Below are positions 49,333 through 60,004 of a stretch of 64,000 nt of DNA, piece by piece. Each line of letters opens with the position of its first letter. Positions within the stretch are counted from its first letter, which is position 1. Under the pieces are notes generated by a model, which did not search any database, had not been told where the DNA came from, and saw only the letters and a list, made by a program, of their open reading frames with translations. Source of the DNA: an uncultured Alphaproteobacteria bacterium (GTDB lineage Bacteria; Pseudomonadota; Alphaproteobacteria; Methylaequorales; Methylaequoraceae); contig CACHGK010000001.1 of assembly GCA_902579395.1 (NCBI GenBank), positions 64,504 through 128,503 of the forward strand, written 5' to 3'. Both the position numbers and the translations under genes were made by a program.

Positions 49333-50493
49333 ATGCAAAAAAATAACTTAGCAATAATACTTAGCGGTGGTCTAGGAACAAGGTTTAGATCTTCATTACC
49401 AAAACAACTTCATAAAATTAATAATCTTACATTACTTCAGTTAAGCATAAAAAAATTTTCTGACTCCAAATTATTCACCAATATAATTGTTGTAAGTCAT
49501 AAAGATTTCATTGAAGATACCAGAGAATTAATAACTGGAAAAAATATTAATATTGTGGAAGGTGGAATATCAAGACAAAAATCTGTACAAAACGGTTTGA
49601 ACGAAGCAAAAAAATATACTCCTAAAAATGTTTGCATTCACGATGCTGTCAGACCTTTCTTTTCAATTAACCTTCTCAAAGAAATTTTAGCTAAATTAGA
49701 TAAATATGATGGGGTAATTCCATCCATAAATGTATATGACTCAGTTAGATACATTTTAAAAAAGAATTTTAAAGATATTAAAAGGGAAAACTTAAAGCTA
49801 ATTCAAACTCCTCAGGGATTTAAATTTAATTCAATTTTTGAAGCACACCAAAAATATAAAAAAAATAATTCAACAGACGATTCTCTTATTTTGTATAAGA
49901 TAAATAAAAACATAAAATTAATAGATGGAGAAAAATTTAATTTTAAAATAACCACTAAAGACGACCTGGAATTTGGTAAATTATTATTCGAAGGAGCTAA
50001 TCAAATGCAAAATGTTAGAGTTGGTAATGGTTTTGATGTTCACAAATTTAAAAAGGGTAAACACCTAAAACTATTTGGAATTGAACTACCTTTTGAAAAG
50101 AGTCTAGAAGGTCACTCAGATGCGGATGTTGGCTTTCATTCGATAGTTGATGCTATTTTAGGTGCATTATGTATGGGTGACATTGGAAATCATTTCCCAC
50201 CAAGCGATATAAAATGGAAAAACAAACCGTCTATATTTTTTATGGAATATACAAGAAATCTTCTAACTGAAAATAAATTTAGAATAAATAACTTGGACAT
50301 TACTTTAATTTGTGAGGAACCAAAAGTATCAAAGTATAAAAATGAATTTATTAAAAGTGTTTCAAAAGCTCTAGAATTAGATCAAAAATTAATTAATATA
50401 AAAGGAACTACAACTGAAAAGCTTGGATTTCTTGGAAGAGGAGAAGGTATTGCATGTCAAGTTTCAGTAACCATCTCAAAAAATGAGAATTAA
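49333..50493 (+). CDS. ispDF: bifunctional 2-C-methyl-D-erythritol 4-phosphate cytidylyltransferase / MEcPP synthase
   Basis: 386 aa. The IspD N-half has AIILSGGLGTRF and HDAVRPF. The IspF C-half has GNGFDVHKF, GHSDADVGFH and GDIGNHFPPSD. Confidence 0.92.
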   Translation: MQKNNLAIILSGGLGTRFRSSLPKQLHKINNLTLLQLSIKKFSDSKLFTNIIVVSHKDFIEDTRELITGKNINIVEGGISRQKSVQNGLNEAKKYTPKNVCIHDAVRPFFSINLLKEILAKLDKYDGVIPSINVYDSVRYILKKNFKDIKRENLKLIQTPQGFKFNSIFEAHQKYKKNNSTDDSLILYKINKNIKLIDGEKFNFKITTKDDLEFGKLLFEGANQMQNVRVGNGFDVHKFKKGKHLKLFGIELPFEKSLEGHSDADVGFHSIVDAILGALCMGDIGNHFPPSDIKWKNKPSIFFMEYTRNLLTENKFRINNLDITLICEEPKVSKYKNEFIKSVSKALELDQKLINIKGTTTEKLGFLGRGEGIACQVSVTISKNEN

Positions 50494-50938
50494 AAAATTC
50501 ATATCTACTTTTTTTTGTGCTGGCTTTGGAGTAGGATTTTCACCTTATTTTCCTGGCACATTGGCATCATTTACTATCCTTCCAGTTTGTTGGTTTCTAA
50601 AAGAAAACTTTAGTACTCAATTTTTTGTATTAACAGTTTGTGTGTATATATTAATTTGTTTCTTTTTGCTTAAAATTATTTTAATTGACAAAAATAATAT
50701 GGATCCAAAATATGTTGTATGTGACGAACATATCGGACAGGCAATCGCAATAATATTTTGCAATCAAAAAGTACTTGAGTACTTTATAGCATTTTTGCTT
50801 TTTAGAATATTAGATATATTCAAACCCTATCCAATAAGTTATTTCGATAAGTTAAAAAATGTCTCAGGAGTTATTTTGGACGATGTTTTAGCTGGTTTAA
50901 TAGTATCTTTGGTATTTTTGATTTATCATGGTATGTAA
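50483..50938 (+). CDS. pgpA: phosphatidylglycerophosphatase A
   Basis: 151 aa with GFGVGFSPYFPGTLAS, CDEHIGQ and FRILDIFKPYPIS motifs. Confidence 0.8.
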   Translation: MRIKKFISTFFCAGFGVGFSPYFPGTLASFTILPVCWFLKENFSTQFFVLTVCVYILICFFLLKIILIDKNNMDPKYVVCDEHIGQAIAIIFCNQKVLEYFIAFLLFRILDIFKPYPISYFDKLKNVSGVILDDVLAGLIVSLVFLIYHGM

Positions 50939-51413
50939 AAAAAATATTATAAAATTTATTAAAATTCTCTATAAGAATAAAATTAGGCTATGCATCGCTG
51001 AATCAGTTACAGGTGGAGGCTTTGCATTTGAAATGATCAAGAAAAAAAACGCTTCAAAAATAATTGATTTTTCAATTGTTTGTTATACAGAAAAATCAAA
51101 AGGAGAGATTTTAAATATTTCCAAGGACATTGAAAAATATGGAGTTGTAAGCAAACAGGTTGCAGAATTAATGGCAATAAAGGTTTTGAAATATTCAAAA
51201 TATAAAAAAGTTTTAGCTTTGTCTTGCACGGGTCAAGCTGGCCCAACAAAAATCAATCAGAAAGAAAAAATTGGAACTGTTTTTATAGGTGTGTCTTATC
51301 GCAATAATAATTTTTCAATTAAAAAAGTAATTAAATCAACTGAAAGGTTAAAAATAATAAAGGAAGTTATTAATGAGATGGTAAATGTTGGTATCAAAAC
51401 TATTTCAGATTAG
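50928..51413 (+). CDS. pncC: CinA-family nicotinamide-nucleotide amidohydrolase domain protein
   Basis: 161 aa with IAESVTGGGFA and SCTGQAGP motifs of the CinA C-terminal domain. Confidence 0.8.
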   Translation: MVCKKNIIKFIKILYKNKIRLCIAESVTGGGFAFEMIKKKNASKIIDFSIVCYTEKSKGEILNISKDIEKYGVVSKQVAELMAIKVLKYSKYKKVLALSCTGQAGPTKINQKEKIGTVFIGVSYRNNNFSIKKVIKSTERLKIIKEVINEMVNVGIKTISD

Positions 51414-51690
51414 ATTCATAGCGTAATATCTTTTCGTCTGAATATTTATAAAATAATTTATCTTTAATTACGATTTCTCTAAATTTTTTAGAACTCTTAA
51501 AATCATTTAAAAAATTATTATACTCATTGTAAATTTGATATTTTGATTGTAAGTCAGATTCGTTGACTTGTATTTTTTTAGAATTATTAAGAAAAACAAA
51601 AATATTTTTTTTACTAAATAACATCTCAAATAATAGAAAAAAAAGAAATAAAAAGTAAAAAAAGAATAAAATTTTTTTATTTATTTTCAT
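51400..51690 (-). CDS. ftsB: septum formation initiator (FtsB/DivIC-like), tentative
   Basis: 96 aa with one N-terminal TM helix followed by a coiled-coil-like segment. It lies immediately downstream of eno (4-nt overlap), the conserved ftsB position in proteobacteria. Confidence 0.4.
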   Translation of the reverse strand: MKINKKILFFFYFLFLFFLLFEMLFSKKNIFVFLNNSKKIQVNESDLQSKYQIYNEYNNFLNDFKSSKKFREIVIKDKLFYKYSDEKILRYESNLK

Positions 51691-52967
51691 TTCAAAAACT
51701 TTTTAAATGGATTAATTCCAGAAAAAATTATTGAATCATCTCTATCTTCGATTCTTAATAACTGATTATACTTTGCAACTCTTTCAGAACGACATAAAGA
51801 GCCCGTTTTAATTTGACCTGAGGAGGTGCCAACTGAGAGGTCTGCAATAAATGTATCTTCCGTTTCTCCAGATCTATGGGAAATAATAGTGTTAAAATTA
51901 TTTTTTTTTGCCAGGTCTATTGTTTTAATTGTTTCAGATAAAGTGCCAATTTGATTAAGTTTTATCAGTATAGAATTTCCAGAATTACTCCTTATACCTT
52001 GTCCAAGTCTCTCAGAGGAAGTAACAAATAGATCGTCTCCAACAAGCTGACATTTTGAACCGAGTTCTGATGTTAGGTTGGCCCAACCTATCCAATCATT
52101 TTCATCTAGGCCATCTTCAATTGAAATAATAGGATATGATTTAATCAAGCTAGAGTAGTATTTTATCATTTCATCTTTGTTCAATTGTAATGATTCACCC
52201 TTCATTAAATATTTATCTTTATGAAAAAACTCCGATGCTGCAACGTCAAGTGCAATAAAAATATCTTTGCCAGGTGAATAACCAGATATTTCTACAGCTT
52301 TAATAATTAAATCCAAACATTCCCTATTTGATGAAATATCCGGAGCAAACCCACCTTCATCACCTACTGATGTTGACAGTTTTTTCTCAATAAGTATATT
52401 TTTAAGATTATAAAATATTTCACAACCTGCCCTAAGTGAGTCTCTAAAGGAGTCAAATCCGCAGGGAACTATCATAAACTCCTGAAAATCCAAGTTATTA
52501 TTGGAATGACAGCCACCATTTACTATATTCATCATTGGCGTTGGAAGAGAGTTTTGCATTCCACCTATATATTTATAAAGTGGAGTATTAGTAAAATTTG
52601 AAGCAGATTTGGCACATGCCAAAGAAACAGCTAGTATCGAATTAGCTCCAAGCCTTTTTTTATTTTTTGTGCCATCAAGTTCCATAAGAATATTATCGAT
52701 TTCATTTTGATTAGTTACTTCAAAACCTAGCAATGTTTCTTGTATTTCGGTATTGATCATTTCTACAGCTTTTGAAACACCTTTAGTAAAAAATCTTTTT
52801 TTATCCCCATCTCTTAACTCATGCGCTTCAAAAGTACCGGTTGATGCACCAGATGGTACAGACGAAACTCCCAAATGCTTAGAAGCTAAATGAACTTCAA
52901 CTTCAATTGTAGGAACTCCCCTACTATCAATTATTTCTCTTGCAAAAATTGATTTAATAATTGACAT
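51687..52967 (-). CDS. eno: enolase
   Basis: 426 aa with AREIIDSRGVPTIEVEV, GDEGGFAP, VGDDLFVT, ILIKLNQIGTLSET and SHRSGETED. Confidence 0.97.
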   Translation of the reverse strand: MSIIKSIFAREIIDSRGVPTIEVEVHLASKHLGVSSVPSGASTGTFEAHELRDGDKKRFFTKGVSKAVEMINTEIQETLLGFEVTNQNEIDNILMELDGTKNKKRLGANSILAVSLACAKSASNFTNTPLYKYIGGMQNSLPTPMMNIVNGGCHSNNNLDFQEFMIVPCGFDSFRDSLRAGCEIFYNLKNILIEKKLSTSVGDEGGFAPDISSNRECLDLIIKAVEISGYSPGKDIFIALDVAASEFFHKDKYLMKGESLQLNKDEMIKYYSSLIKSYPIISIEDGLDENDWIGWANLTSELGSKCQLVGDDLFVTSSERLGQGIRSNSGNSILIKLNQIGTLSETIKTIDLAKKNNFNTIISHRSGETEDTFIADLSVGTSSGQIKTGSLCRSERVAKYNQLLRIEDRDDSIIFSGINPFKKFLK

Positions 52968-53800
52968 TAATTTAAGTCCTCATTTTTAGATAAGTTGTCA
53001 TAAAGAATAAGACTTTGAATAAGTTTCCCTAATTCCTTTAAGGGTACCATGCTTGACCCATCTGAAGGAGCTTTTCTTGGGTTATTATGAGTTTCTATAA
53101 ATAAAGCAGATATGCCAGTAGTTGTAGCAGCTTTCGCAAGTACAGAAACAAACTCATAATCACCACCAGATGAGTCTTTATTTTCACCAGGAAGTTGAAC
53201 TGAATGAGTTGCATCAAAAATTACTGGAAATCCTGTCTTTTTCATTATAGGAAGAGATCTCATATCAGATACTAAGTTATTGTATCCAAACATAGTACCC
53301 CGCTCAGTTAGAAGCAAATTTTTATTTCCAGTTGATAAAAACTTTTTGACTATATTTTGAGTCTCTTTAGGTGACAAAAATTGGCCTTTTTTAATATTTA
53401 CCGGCAAATTAGTTTTTCCAGCCTCTAAAATAATATCTGTCTGCCTACACAGAAACGCTGGAATCTGAATAACATCAAGGAAGTCTTTTGCCATTTTACA
53501 TTGAAAAACGTCATGTATATCAGATATGACAGGACAATTGAATTTTTGCCTTACTTGAGCAAGAATATCAAGGCCTTTTTTTATTCCGACTCCTCTTCGA
53601 CTTTTATGGCTAGACCTATTTGCCTTATCATATGAACTTTTATAGATATATTTGAATCCAATTTTTTTTGATAGTTTTTCTATTACATAACAAGTTTCAA
53701 AAGCATGCTGTTTGCTTTCAATTTGGCAAGGTCCTAAAATAAATTTTAGTTCAAGATTATTAGATAAAAAGAAATCTTTAAAAACTTTTACTCGTTTCAT
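52967..53800 (-). CDS. kdsA: 3-deoxy-8-phosphooctulonate synthase
   Basis: 277 aa with GPCQIES, KSSYDKANRSS, QIPAFLCRQTD and DATHSVQLPG. Confidence 0.93.
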   Translation of the reverse strand: MKRVKVFKDFFLSNNLELKFILGPCQIESKQHAFETCYVIEKLSKKIGFKYIYKSSYDKANRSSHKSRRGVGIKKGLDILAQVRQKFNCPVISDIHDVFQCKMAKDFLDVIQIPAFLCRQTDIILEAGKTNLPVNIKKGQFLSPKETQNIVKKFLSTGNKNLLLTERGTMFGYNNLVSDMRSLPIMKKTGFPVIFDATHSVQLPGENKDSSGGDYEFVSVLAKAATTTGISALFIETHNNPRKAPSDGSSMVPLKELGKLIQSLILYDNLSKNEDLN

Positions 53801-55422
53801 TTAAAACTATTTTCCAATAAAGCATTTATAAAAGAATTGAAAATTGGATGAGGATTAAAAGGTGTTGATTTTAATTCCGGGTGAAATTGCACTCCCAAGA
53901 ACCATGGATGATCATTTCTTTCAATTATTTCAACTAGATTTCCATCTGGTGACATTCCCGACAAGACGACTCCACTTTTTTCAATTTGTTTTTTATAGTT
54001 GTAATTTACCTCATAACGATGTCTATGTCTTTCACTGATTTTGTTTTTTTTATAAATGCTATGAGCTTTAGATTTTTTTTTTAGAATTGCAGTGTAGGAA
54101 CCAAGTCTCATGCTTCCACCAAGATTATTTTTATCATGAATAAAAATTTTTTTATTTTTCTTCCATTCATGTATCATTGAAATTACCGGTAGAGAAGTCT
54201 TACCAAATTCAGTTGATGAAGCTTTCTCATATCCTTTCAAATTACTAATTGATTCTAAAATAGCTAATTGCATACCAAAACATATTCCCAAATATGGAAT
54301 AGAATTTTTTTTTGAAATTTTTATAGCATTGATTTTACCAAGTGTACCATCCTTTCCAAAACCACCAGGAACTAAGATACCATTACAATTATTCAATTCT
54401 TTTTCACATTTTTTTAAATCTTCAATTTTCTTTGAATCCACCCATTTTATTTCAACTTTAGTATTATTGAATATCCCACTATGAAATAAGGCTTCGTTCA
54501 ATGATTTATATGATTCAGATAAATTTGTATACTTTCCTACTATAGCAACTTTAACTTTTGATTTAAGTTGACTTATTTTTTTTAAAAAATCTTCCCATGG
54601 TCTCAAATTAAGTGTTCTTTTATTTTTAATTTCAAAATGATTTAATAATTGTTTAAGTAACCCTTGGTTATACAACATTAAAGGGATTTCATAAATTGTA
54701 ATGGCGTTCTCAACTAAAATTACTGAATCTAAAGAGGTATTACAAAAAAGTGAGATTTTACTTTTTTCCTTCTTATCAAATTTTTTTTCAGCTCTACATA
54801 AAAGTAAGTCTGGTTGGATTCCCAGACCAAGAAGTTCCTTAACTGAATGTTGAGTAGGTTTGGTCTTAAATTCATTTGCAGAAGTTAAAAAAGGTACAAG
54901 TGTTAAATGAATAAAAAGAGTTTGATTTTTCCCCAATTCGTTTCTTAATTGTCTAATAGCTTCAAGAAAAGGCAAACTTTCTATATCACCAACAGTCCCT
55001 CCGATTTCACAAATAACAAAATCTTCATTTTTTAAATCTTTTTTTATAAATTTTTTTATCTCATTAGTAACATGAGGAATCACTTGAACTGTTGAACCAA
55101 GATAATCTCCTCTTCTTTCTTTTTTTAATACCTCTTCATAAATTTTTCCAGTTGTAATGTTATCATTTTTCTTTGAAATAATACCTGTAAATCTTTCATA
55201 ATGTCCTAAATCCATATCAGTTTCAGCACCATCATCTGTTACGAAAACCTCACCATGCTGAGAGGGATTCATAGTTCCTGGATCTATATTTAAGTAAGGG
55301 TCTAACTTTCTGACTCTAACTTTATAATTACTTAAGCTTAAAAGAGATGCAATTGAGGAGGAGACAATACCTTTACCCAGTGATGAAACAACACCACCGG
55401 TAATAAAGATAAATTTAGTCAT
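53797..55422 (-). CDS. pyrG: CTP synthase
   Basis: 541 aa with FITGGVVSSLGKGI, EIGGTVGDIES, the glutaminase motif GICFGMQ and VQFHPE. Confidence 0.97.
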   Translation of the reverse strand: MTKFIFITGGVVSSLGKGIVSSSIASLLSLSNYKVRVRKLDPYLNIDPGTMNPSQHGEVFVTDDGAETDMDLGHYERFTGIISKKNDNITTGKIYEEVLKKERRGDYLGSTVQVIPHVTNEIKKFIKKDLKNEDFVICEIGGTVGDIESLPFLEAIRQLRNELGKNQTLFIHLTLVPFLTSANEFKTKPTQHSVKELLGLGIQPDLLLCRAEKKFDKKEKSKISLFCNTSLDSVILVENAITIYEIPLMLYNQGLLKQLLNHFEIKNKRTLNLRPWEDFLKKISQLKSKVKVAIVGKYTNLSESYKSLNEALFHSGIFNNTKVEIKWVDSKKIEDLKKCEKELNNCNGILVPGGFGKDGTLGKINAIKISKKNSIPYLGICFGMQLAILESISNLKGYEKASSTEFGKTSLPVISMIHEWKKNKKIFIHDKNNLGGSMRLGSYTAILKKKSKAHSIYKKNKISERHRHRYEVNYNYKKQIEKSGVVLSGMSPDGNLVEIIERNDHPWFLGVQFHPELKSTPFNPHPIFNSFINALLENSFK

Positions 55423-55454
55423 AATTCATTAAAATTTTTGTATTTGTTTTTTTA

Positions 55455-55811
55455 TCACTCAACAGGCACACTTACGCCTTTATTATTATCATTCTCAACA
55501 TCAAATTCTTCAGGAATCAAATCCAGTCTGTCTATAATAGAGTCCTCACTTGAATCAATTATAGATTCTTTCTTATAGTTTTTATTAGCTATTATAACCA
55601 GGGAAAAGCTTGTTAAAAAAAAACATAAAGCAAGAAACGAAGTTGTTTTGGTAAGTATATTAGAAGTGCTTCTCGTAGACAGAAAATCGCCTAAACCACC
55701 ACTATTTGATTGACCTATTCCTAAACCTCCACCCTCTGATTTTTGCAGCAGGACAAAAAAAACGAGAAAAATACAGATCAAAATGTGGATTGATAATACA
55801 ATTGCGAACAT
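55455..55811 (-). CDS. secG: preprotein translocase subunit SecG
   Basis: 118 aa with two TM helices flanking VLLQKSEGGGLG. It occupies the conserved tpiA-secG-pyrG position. Confidence 0.75.
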   Translation of the reverse strand: MFAIVLSIHILICIFLVFFVLLQKSEGGGLGIGQSNSGGLGDFLSTRSTSNILTKTTSFLALCFFLTSFSLVIIANKNYKKESIIDSSEDSIIDRLDLIPEEFDVENDNNKGVSVPVE

Positions 55812-55842
55812 ATTTCATACAATAGTAAATTAAAACAAAAAA

Positions 55843-56577
55843 TCAAGATTTTGTAAGAATTTTCTTTATTTCTTTAAAATTTAAACTTGCCCCACCTATT
55901 AAAGCTCCATCTACATCTGTATTATCCAATATTTTCTTAAAATTTTCTGAATTCACTGATCCTCCGTATAAAAAATAAAAATCTTTAATTTTTTTGTTAT
56001 TTCTTAGAAATAACTTAGTTAAACTATAAATTTCGTTTATTTCATTTAAAGTTGGTACCAATCCCGAACCAATCGACCAAATTGGCTCGTAGGCAATAAC
56101 AATATGATTTTGGTTTGTTGGAATACAATTATTAAGCTGTTTTTTTAAAATATATTTATATTTGTTCGATTTTCTTTGTTTTAATGATTCCCCAACACAT
56201 ACTATAGGTTTTAATTTATTTAATAAGACATGTTCAACTTTCTTTCTTACAATACTGTCAGTTTCTTTATGGTTGTGTCTTCTCTCAGAATGACCAATTA
56301 TAACGTATTTGCAATTGTTCTCTTTCAACAATTTTATGCTAGTATCGCCAGTATATGCACCCTCATTAATATAGTGACAATCTTGTGAACCTAAAATTAT
56401 TTGATTTTGATTTATTAATCTTGAAACTAAAGGAATAAGCATGAATTGTGGACAAATAATATTTTTAAAATTAGGATGTATTTTTTTTAATTTTTTGAGA
56501 TTAGTAATCAATCTAGTTGCTTGTTTGCTATCTAGGTTCATTTTCCAATTTGAAACTATTAATTTAACTTGCCCCAT
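55843..56577 (-). CDS. tpiA: triosephosphate isomerase
   Basis: 244 aa with SNWKMN, IGHSERR, YEPIWSIGSG and YGGSV. Confidence 0.9.
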   Translation of the reverse strand: MGQVKLIVSNWKMNLDSKQATRLITNLKKLKKIHPNFKNIICPQFMLIPLVSRLINQNQIILGSQDCHYINEGAYTGDTSIKLLKENNCKYVIIGHSERRHNHKETDSIVRKKVEHVLLNKLKPIVCVGESLKQRKSNKYKYILKKQLNNCIPTNQNHIVIAYEPIWSIGSGLVPTLNEINEIYSLTKLFLRNNKKIKDFYFLYGGSVNSENFKKILDNTDVDGALIGGASLNFKEIKKILTKS

Positions 56578-56610
56578 AATTATGATATAGAATAAAAAAA
56601 AAAGATTATT

Positions 56611-58497
56611 ATGTTAACAACTTTAAGAAATAGCTCAAAAAACTCAATACTCAAAATAATTTTTGGCACATTACTTACTGTGCTCATAATTAGCTTCGGT
56701 ATGTGGGGCACTGAAGATCTTGTAGGTGTTACGCAAAAACAGTCGAGCGTTGCAACTGTTGGGAAAATTGATATTTCGTCTCGTGAATTTTATTCTCTTT
56801 ATTCAAGGCAAACTGAAGAAATTAGAAAATTACTTGGTTCATCCCTAGATATAAAAAAATCTAGAGAGTTCGGTTATGTGGATAGGGCATTAAGTTCCTT
56901 AATTAATCGTGCCCTTTTTAATAACGAAGCGTCCGAACTTGGATTGTCAGTAAGTGATATAAATGTAAGAGACAAGATTTTAAAAGATAATGCATTTAAA
57001 GATGATCTCGGTCAATTTAGTGAGTTAGTTTTTAGACAATTAATCTCTGAATCAGGTTATACTGAGGATTCTTACGTAGAGGGAACTCGTCAAGACCTTG
57101 CAAGAGAACAAATGGTTGAAACAATAAGTTCGAGTTTAATAATACCTAAAATTATGAGAGATAGACTGGCTGAATACAATTTGGAAGAGAGATCAGTAGA
57201 TTATATTACTATAAAGGTTGAAAATGAAAAATTAGATAAACTAAAGAATCATGAAATTCTTGAATACTACGAGAAAAATAAAGAGATTTTTATGTCTAAG
57301 GAGTATAGGGATGCAAATACTCTTCTTCTTGATGCCAAAGAATATGCTAAAAAGTCAACAGTCACTGAAGAAGAGATTAAACTTTTGTATGAGGAGAGAA
57401 AAGATCTTTTAGTAGAGCCAGCACAAAGGTTCCTCCATCAAATAATTGTAGATTCAGAAAACATGGCTAAATCAATAAAAAAGAAGGTTAATTTTAAAAA
57501 TTTTACAGATATCGCAAACAAAGAAGCCGGACTTAATGCAGATGATATCAACTTAGGTTGGAACACAAAAAATGAATTACCAGATGAGATAATTGATGCA
57601 ACATTTAAACTTAATAAAGGCGATGTTTCTGATCCAATTCAAAGTAGTTTTGGATGGCACATATTAAAAGTAATCGATCTAAAGAATAGAAAAGAAATAA
57701 AATATTCAGAAATCAAGGATAAATTTAAAACAGAAATTTTACTTGAAAAAGGTAAAGAGGCCGTGTTTGACTTGCAAGATGAATTAGAAGATTTATTAGC
57801 TTCAGGAAGTAATTTTGAAGAAATATCAAAACTACTAGATGTGAAAATGATTATTGCTAAAGACATTGATTCCGATGGAAAAAATATTGAAGGTAAGATA
57901 GTAAAAGACTTTAATGATGAAAGAATACTAAGAACAATATTTAACCAGAAATTAAATGAAGAAGGTAATATAATTGATATAGATAAGGATGAAGGTTTAG
58001 CAATAAGCATTGTAACCAAGATTACGGAACCGAGACAATTAAATTTCGAAGAGGCCAAGAATAGTGTCATAGAAAAACTAACTTTCGAAAATAAATTAAA
58101 AAAAGCCTATAAGAAAGCCGATGAAATTAAACAAAAAGTAAATAATGGTGGTAATTTTAATCAGATTGCAAAATCATTGGACTTAAATATCAAGGGTGTT
58201 AAACCTTTTACAAGAATATTACCCGACAGCAGTGAGTTACCAATTCCATTGATAAGTAAAATTTTTGAATCTAAAGTTGGTGAGGTTAATGTTGAGAAGA
58301 GGGGTGGAAATGAAATTATAGTTGCTCAAACCGCGGATATACTCAAGACCTTGAAAAACGATAAAAAAGAAATCAAAGATTTTACAAAGAAAATCAAAGA
58401 AGATTTAACAATTGATTTGTTAGCTCAATTTTCAGAAGCATTAAGAAAAAAGTATAAAATTACGATTAATGACGATGTTATTGATCAATTAAATTAA
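56611..58497 (+). CDS. ppiD: periplasmic chaperone / peptidyl-prolyl isomerase PpiD-like
   Basis: 628 aa with an N-terminal membrane anchor, a SurA-N-like domain and a parvulin segment (HQIIV ... SFGWHILKV). It lies upstream of trpE, as in other alphaproteobacteria. Confidence 0.75.
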   Translation: MLTTLRNSSKNSILKIIFGTLLTVLIISFGMWGTEDLVGVTQKQSSVATVGKIDISSREFYSLYSRQTEEIRKLLGSSLDIKKSREFGYVDRALSSLINRALFNNEASELGLSVSDINVRDKILKDNAFKDDLGQFSELVFRQLISESGYTEDSYVEGTRQDLAREQMVETISSSLIIPKIMRDRLAEYNLEERSVDYITIKVENEKLDKLKNHEILEYYEKNKEIFMSKEYRDANTLLLDAKEYAKKSTVTEEEIKLLYEERKDLLVEPAQRFLHQIIVDSENMAKSIKKKVNFKNFTDIANKEAGLNADDINLGWNTKNELPDEIIDATFKLNKGDVSDPIQSSFGWHILKVIDLKNRKEIKYSEIKDKFKTEILLEKGKEAVFDLQDELEDLLASGSNFEEISKLLDVKMIIAKDIDSDGKNIEGKIVKDFNDERILRTIFNQKLNEEGNIIDIDKDEGLAISIVTKITEPRQLNFEEAKNSVIEKLTFENKLKKAYKKADEIKQKVNNGGNFNQIAKSLDLNIKGVKPFTRILPDSSELPIPLISKIFESKVGEVNVEKRGGNEIIVAQTADILKTLKNDKKEIKDFTKKIKEDLTIDLLAQFSEALRKKYKITINDDVIDQLN

Positions 58498-58498
58498 A

Positions 58499-60004
58499 AT
58501 GGATATAAGTAAACCCGACTTAAAACTTTTTAAAAACAATTATATTTCGGGTAAGAAACAACTTCTTTATCTATCATTCGCTGCTGATGTTCACACCCCA
58601 GTTTCAGCATTAATTAAATTAAAAAATGAAAAATACACTTTTTTATTTGAATCAGTTGAAAAAGGAGGACAAAGAGGTAGATATTCAGTAATTGGATTAA
58701 AACCAGATCTTATTTGGGAGTGCAAAAATAATATTTGCAACTTAAAGGATCTGAATCTTTCAAATAAAAAAAAAAAAATTAATAAAAAACCCCTGCAAAG
58801 CCTTAAAGATTTAATGAATAGTAATAAGTTGGTTTTATCTCCCGATATACCGTCCATTTCATCTGGACTTTTTGGCTATATGGGTTACGAAATGATTCAA
58901 TATTTTGAAAATGTAAAACTAAAAAAAGAAAATAGTCTAAATTTACCTGATTCTATTTTTATAAGACCCTCAATAACCTTAGTTTTTGACAATGTTAATG
59001 ATAAACTCTTAGTTACAAAACTTATTTGTAAAAACTCTCTAAAAGCTGAAGAGTCCTTTGAAAACGCTAAAAAAGAAATATTCAAAATAATAAGCTTAAT
59101 TAACAAACCAATGCCGAAAGAAAACTTTAGTTCTATACATCAAAACAAAAAAATCAATATTTTTAAAAACGTTAAATCAAATACAAACTTTAATGAATTT
59201 AAAAAAATGGTTAATAAAGCAAAAAAATATATATTTGAGGGTGAAATTTTTCAGGTTGTAATTTCTAGAGTTTTTAAGAAAAAAATCGAAACAGACTCTC
59301 TTTCTATTTACAGAGCATTAAGATATCTTAACCCCTCCCCTTATCTTTTTTTTATGAATTTCAAAGATTTTTCGATTGTTGGGTCAAGTCCAGAAATCCT
59401 GATTAAATTAGAGGATAAAAAAGTAACTATAAGACCAATTGCTGGAACAAGAAAACGAGGAAAAACAAAAATTGAGGATGAACATCTCAAACGTGATCTG
59501 TTAAATGATCCAAAAGAAATTTCAGAGCACCTCATGCTTTTAGACTTAGGAAGAAATGATCTCAGTAGAGTTACAAAACCAGGTTCTGTAAAAGTTACTG
59601 ACAAGATGTATATAGAATACTTTTCTCATGTGATGCATATCGTTTCAAATATTGAGGGAGACATTGATAAAAGTAAAAAACAAACAGACGTTCTATTCAG
59701 TGGTTTTCCTGCAGGGACTGTAACTGGTGCACCAAAAATAAGGGCTATTCAAATTATTGAAGAACTTGAAAAAAATAGAAGGAACGTGTATGCAGGGTCT
59801 GTCGGTTACATCTCTGCTAATGGTAATATTGATACATGTATAGCTCTAAGAACTGCACTTATAAAAGATAACTATATTTACATACAATCTGGTGCTGGTA
59901 TAGTTGCTGATAGCAAACCAGCTAATGAGTTTAAAGAAACGGAAAATAAAGCTTTGGCACTTCTAACTGCTTGCGAAGAAGCAAGAAAGTTTAAAAAATG
60001 TTAG
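58499..60004 (+). CDS. trpE: anthranilate synthase component I
   Basis: 501 aa with LFESVE, SPYLFF, RPIAGTRKRG, GAPKIRA and GAGIVADS motifs. Confidence 0.93.
   Translation: MDISKPDLKLFKNNYISGKKQLLYLSFAADVHTPVSALIKLKNEKYTFLFESVEKGGQRGRYSVIGLKPDLIWECKNNICNLKDLNLSNKKKKINKKPLQSLKDLMNSNKLVLSPDIPSISSGLFGYMGYEMIQYFENVKLKKENSLNLPDSIFIRPSITLVFDNVNDKLLVTKLICKNSLKAEESFENAKKEIFKIISLINKPMPKENFSSIHQNKKINIFKNVKSNTNFNEFKKMVNKAKKYIFEGEIFQVVISRVFKKKIETDSLSIYRALRYLNPSPYLFFMNFKDFSIVGSSPEILIKLEDKKVTIRPIAGTRKRGKTKIEDEHLKRDLLNDPKEISEHLMLLDLGRNDLSRVTKPGSVKVTDKMYIEYFSHVMHIVSNIEGDIDKSKKQTDVLFSGFPAGTVTGAPKIRAIQIIEELEKNRRNVYAGSVGYISANGNIDTCIALRTALIKDNYIYIQSGAGIVADSKPANEFKETENKALALLTACEEARKFKKC

Noticed and set aside
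57639-58070. 143-aa minus-strand ORF inside ppiD.
   Set aside because: It is antisense to ppiD, has a Ser/Leu/Phe-rich low-complexity translation, and has no start context.
58766-58778. Long homopolymers inside genes were considered as phase-variation or frameshift sites: A13 in trpE, T12 at 2380-2391 in cobT, T13 at 28795-28807 in the ligase gene and A12 at 63255-63266 in moeA.
   Set aside because: All are in frame, encode Lys runs in otherwise intact genes (trpE, cobT and moeA are biosynthetic/cofactor genes, the fourth is the accessory repair ligase), and are typical of extreme AT bias. They are worth remembering only as potential sequencing-error hotspots.
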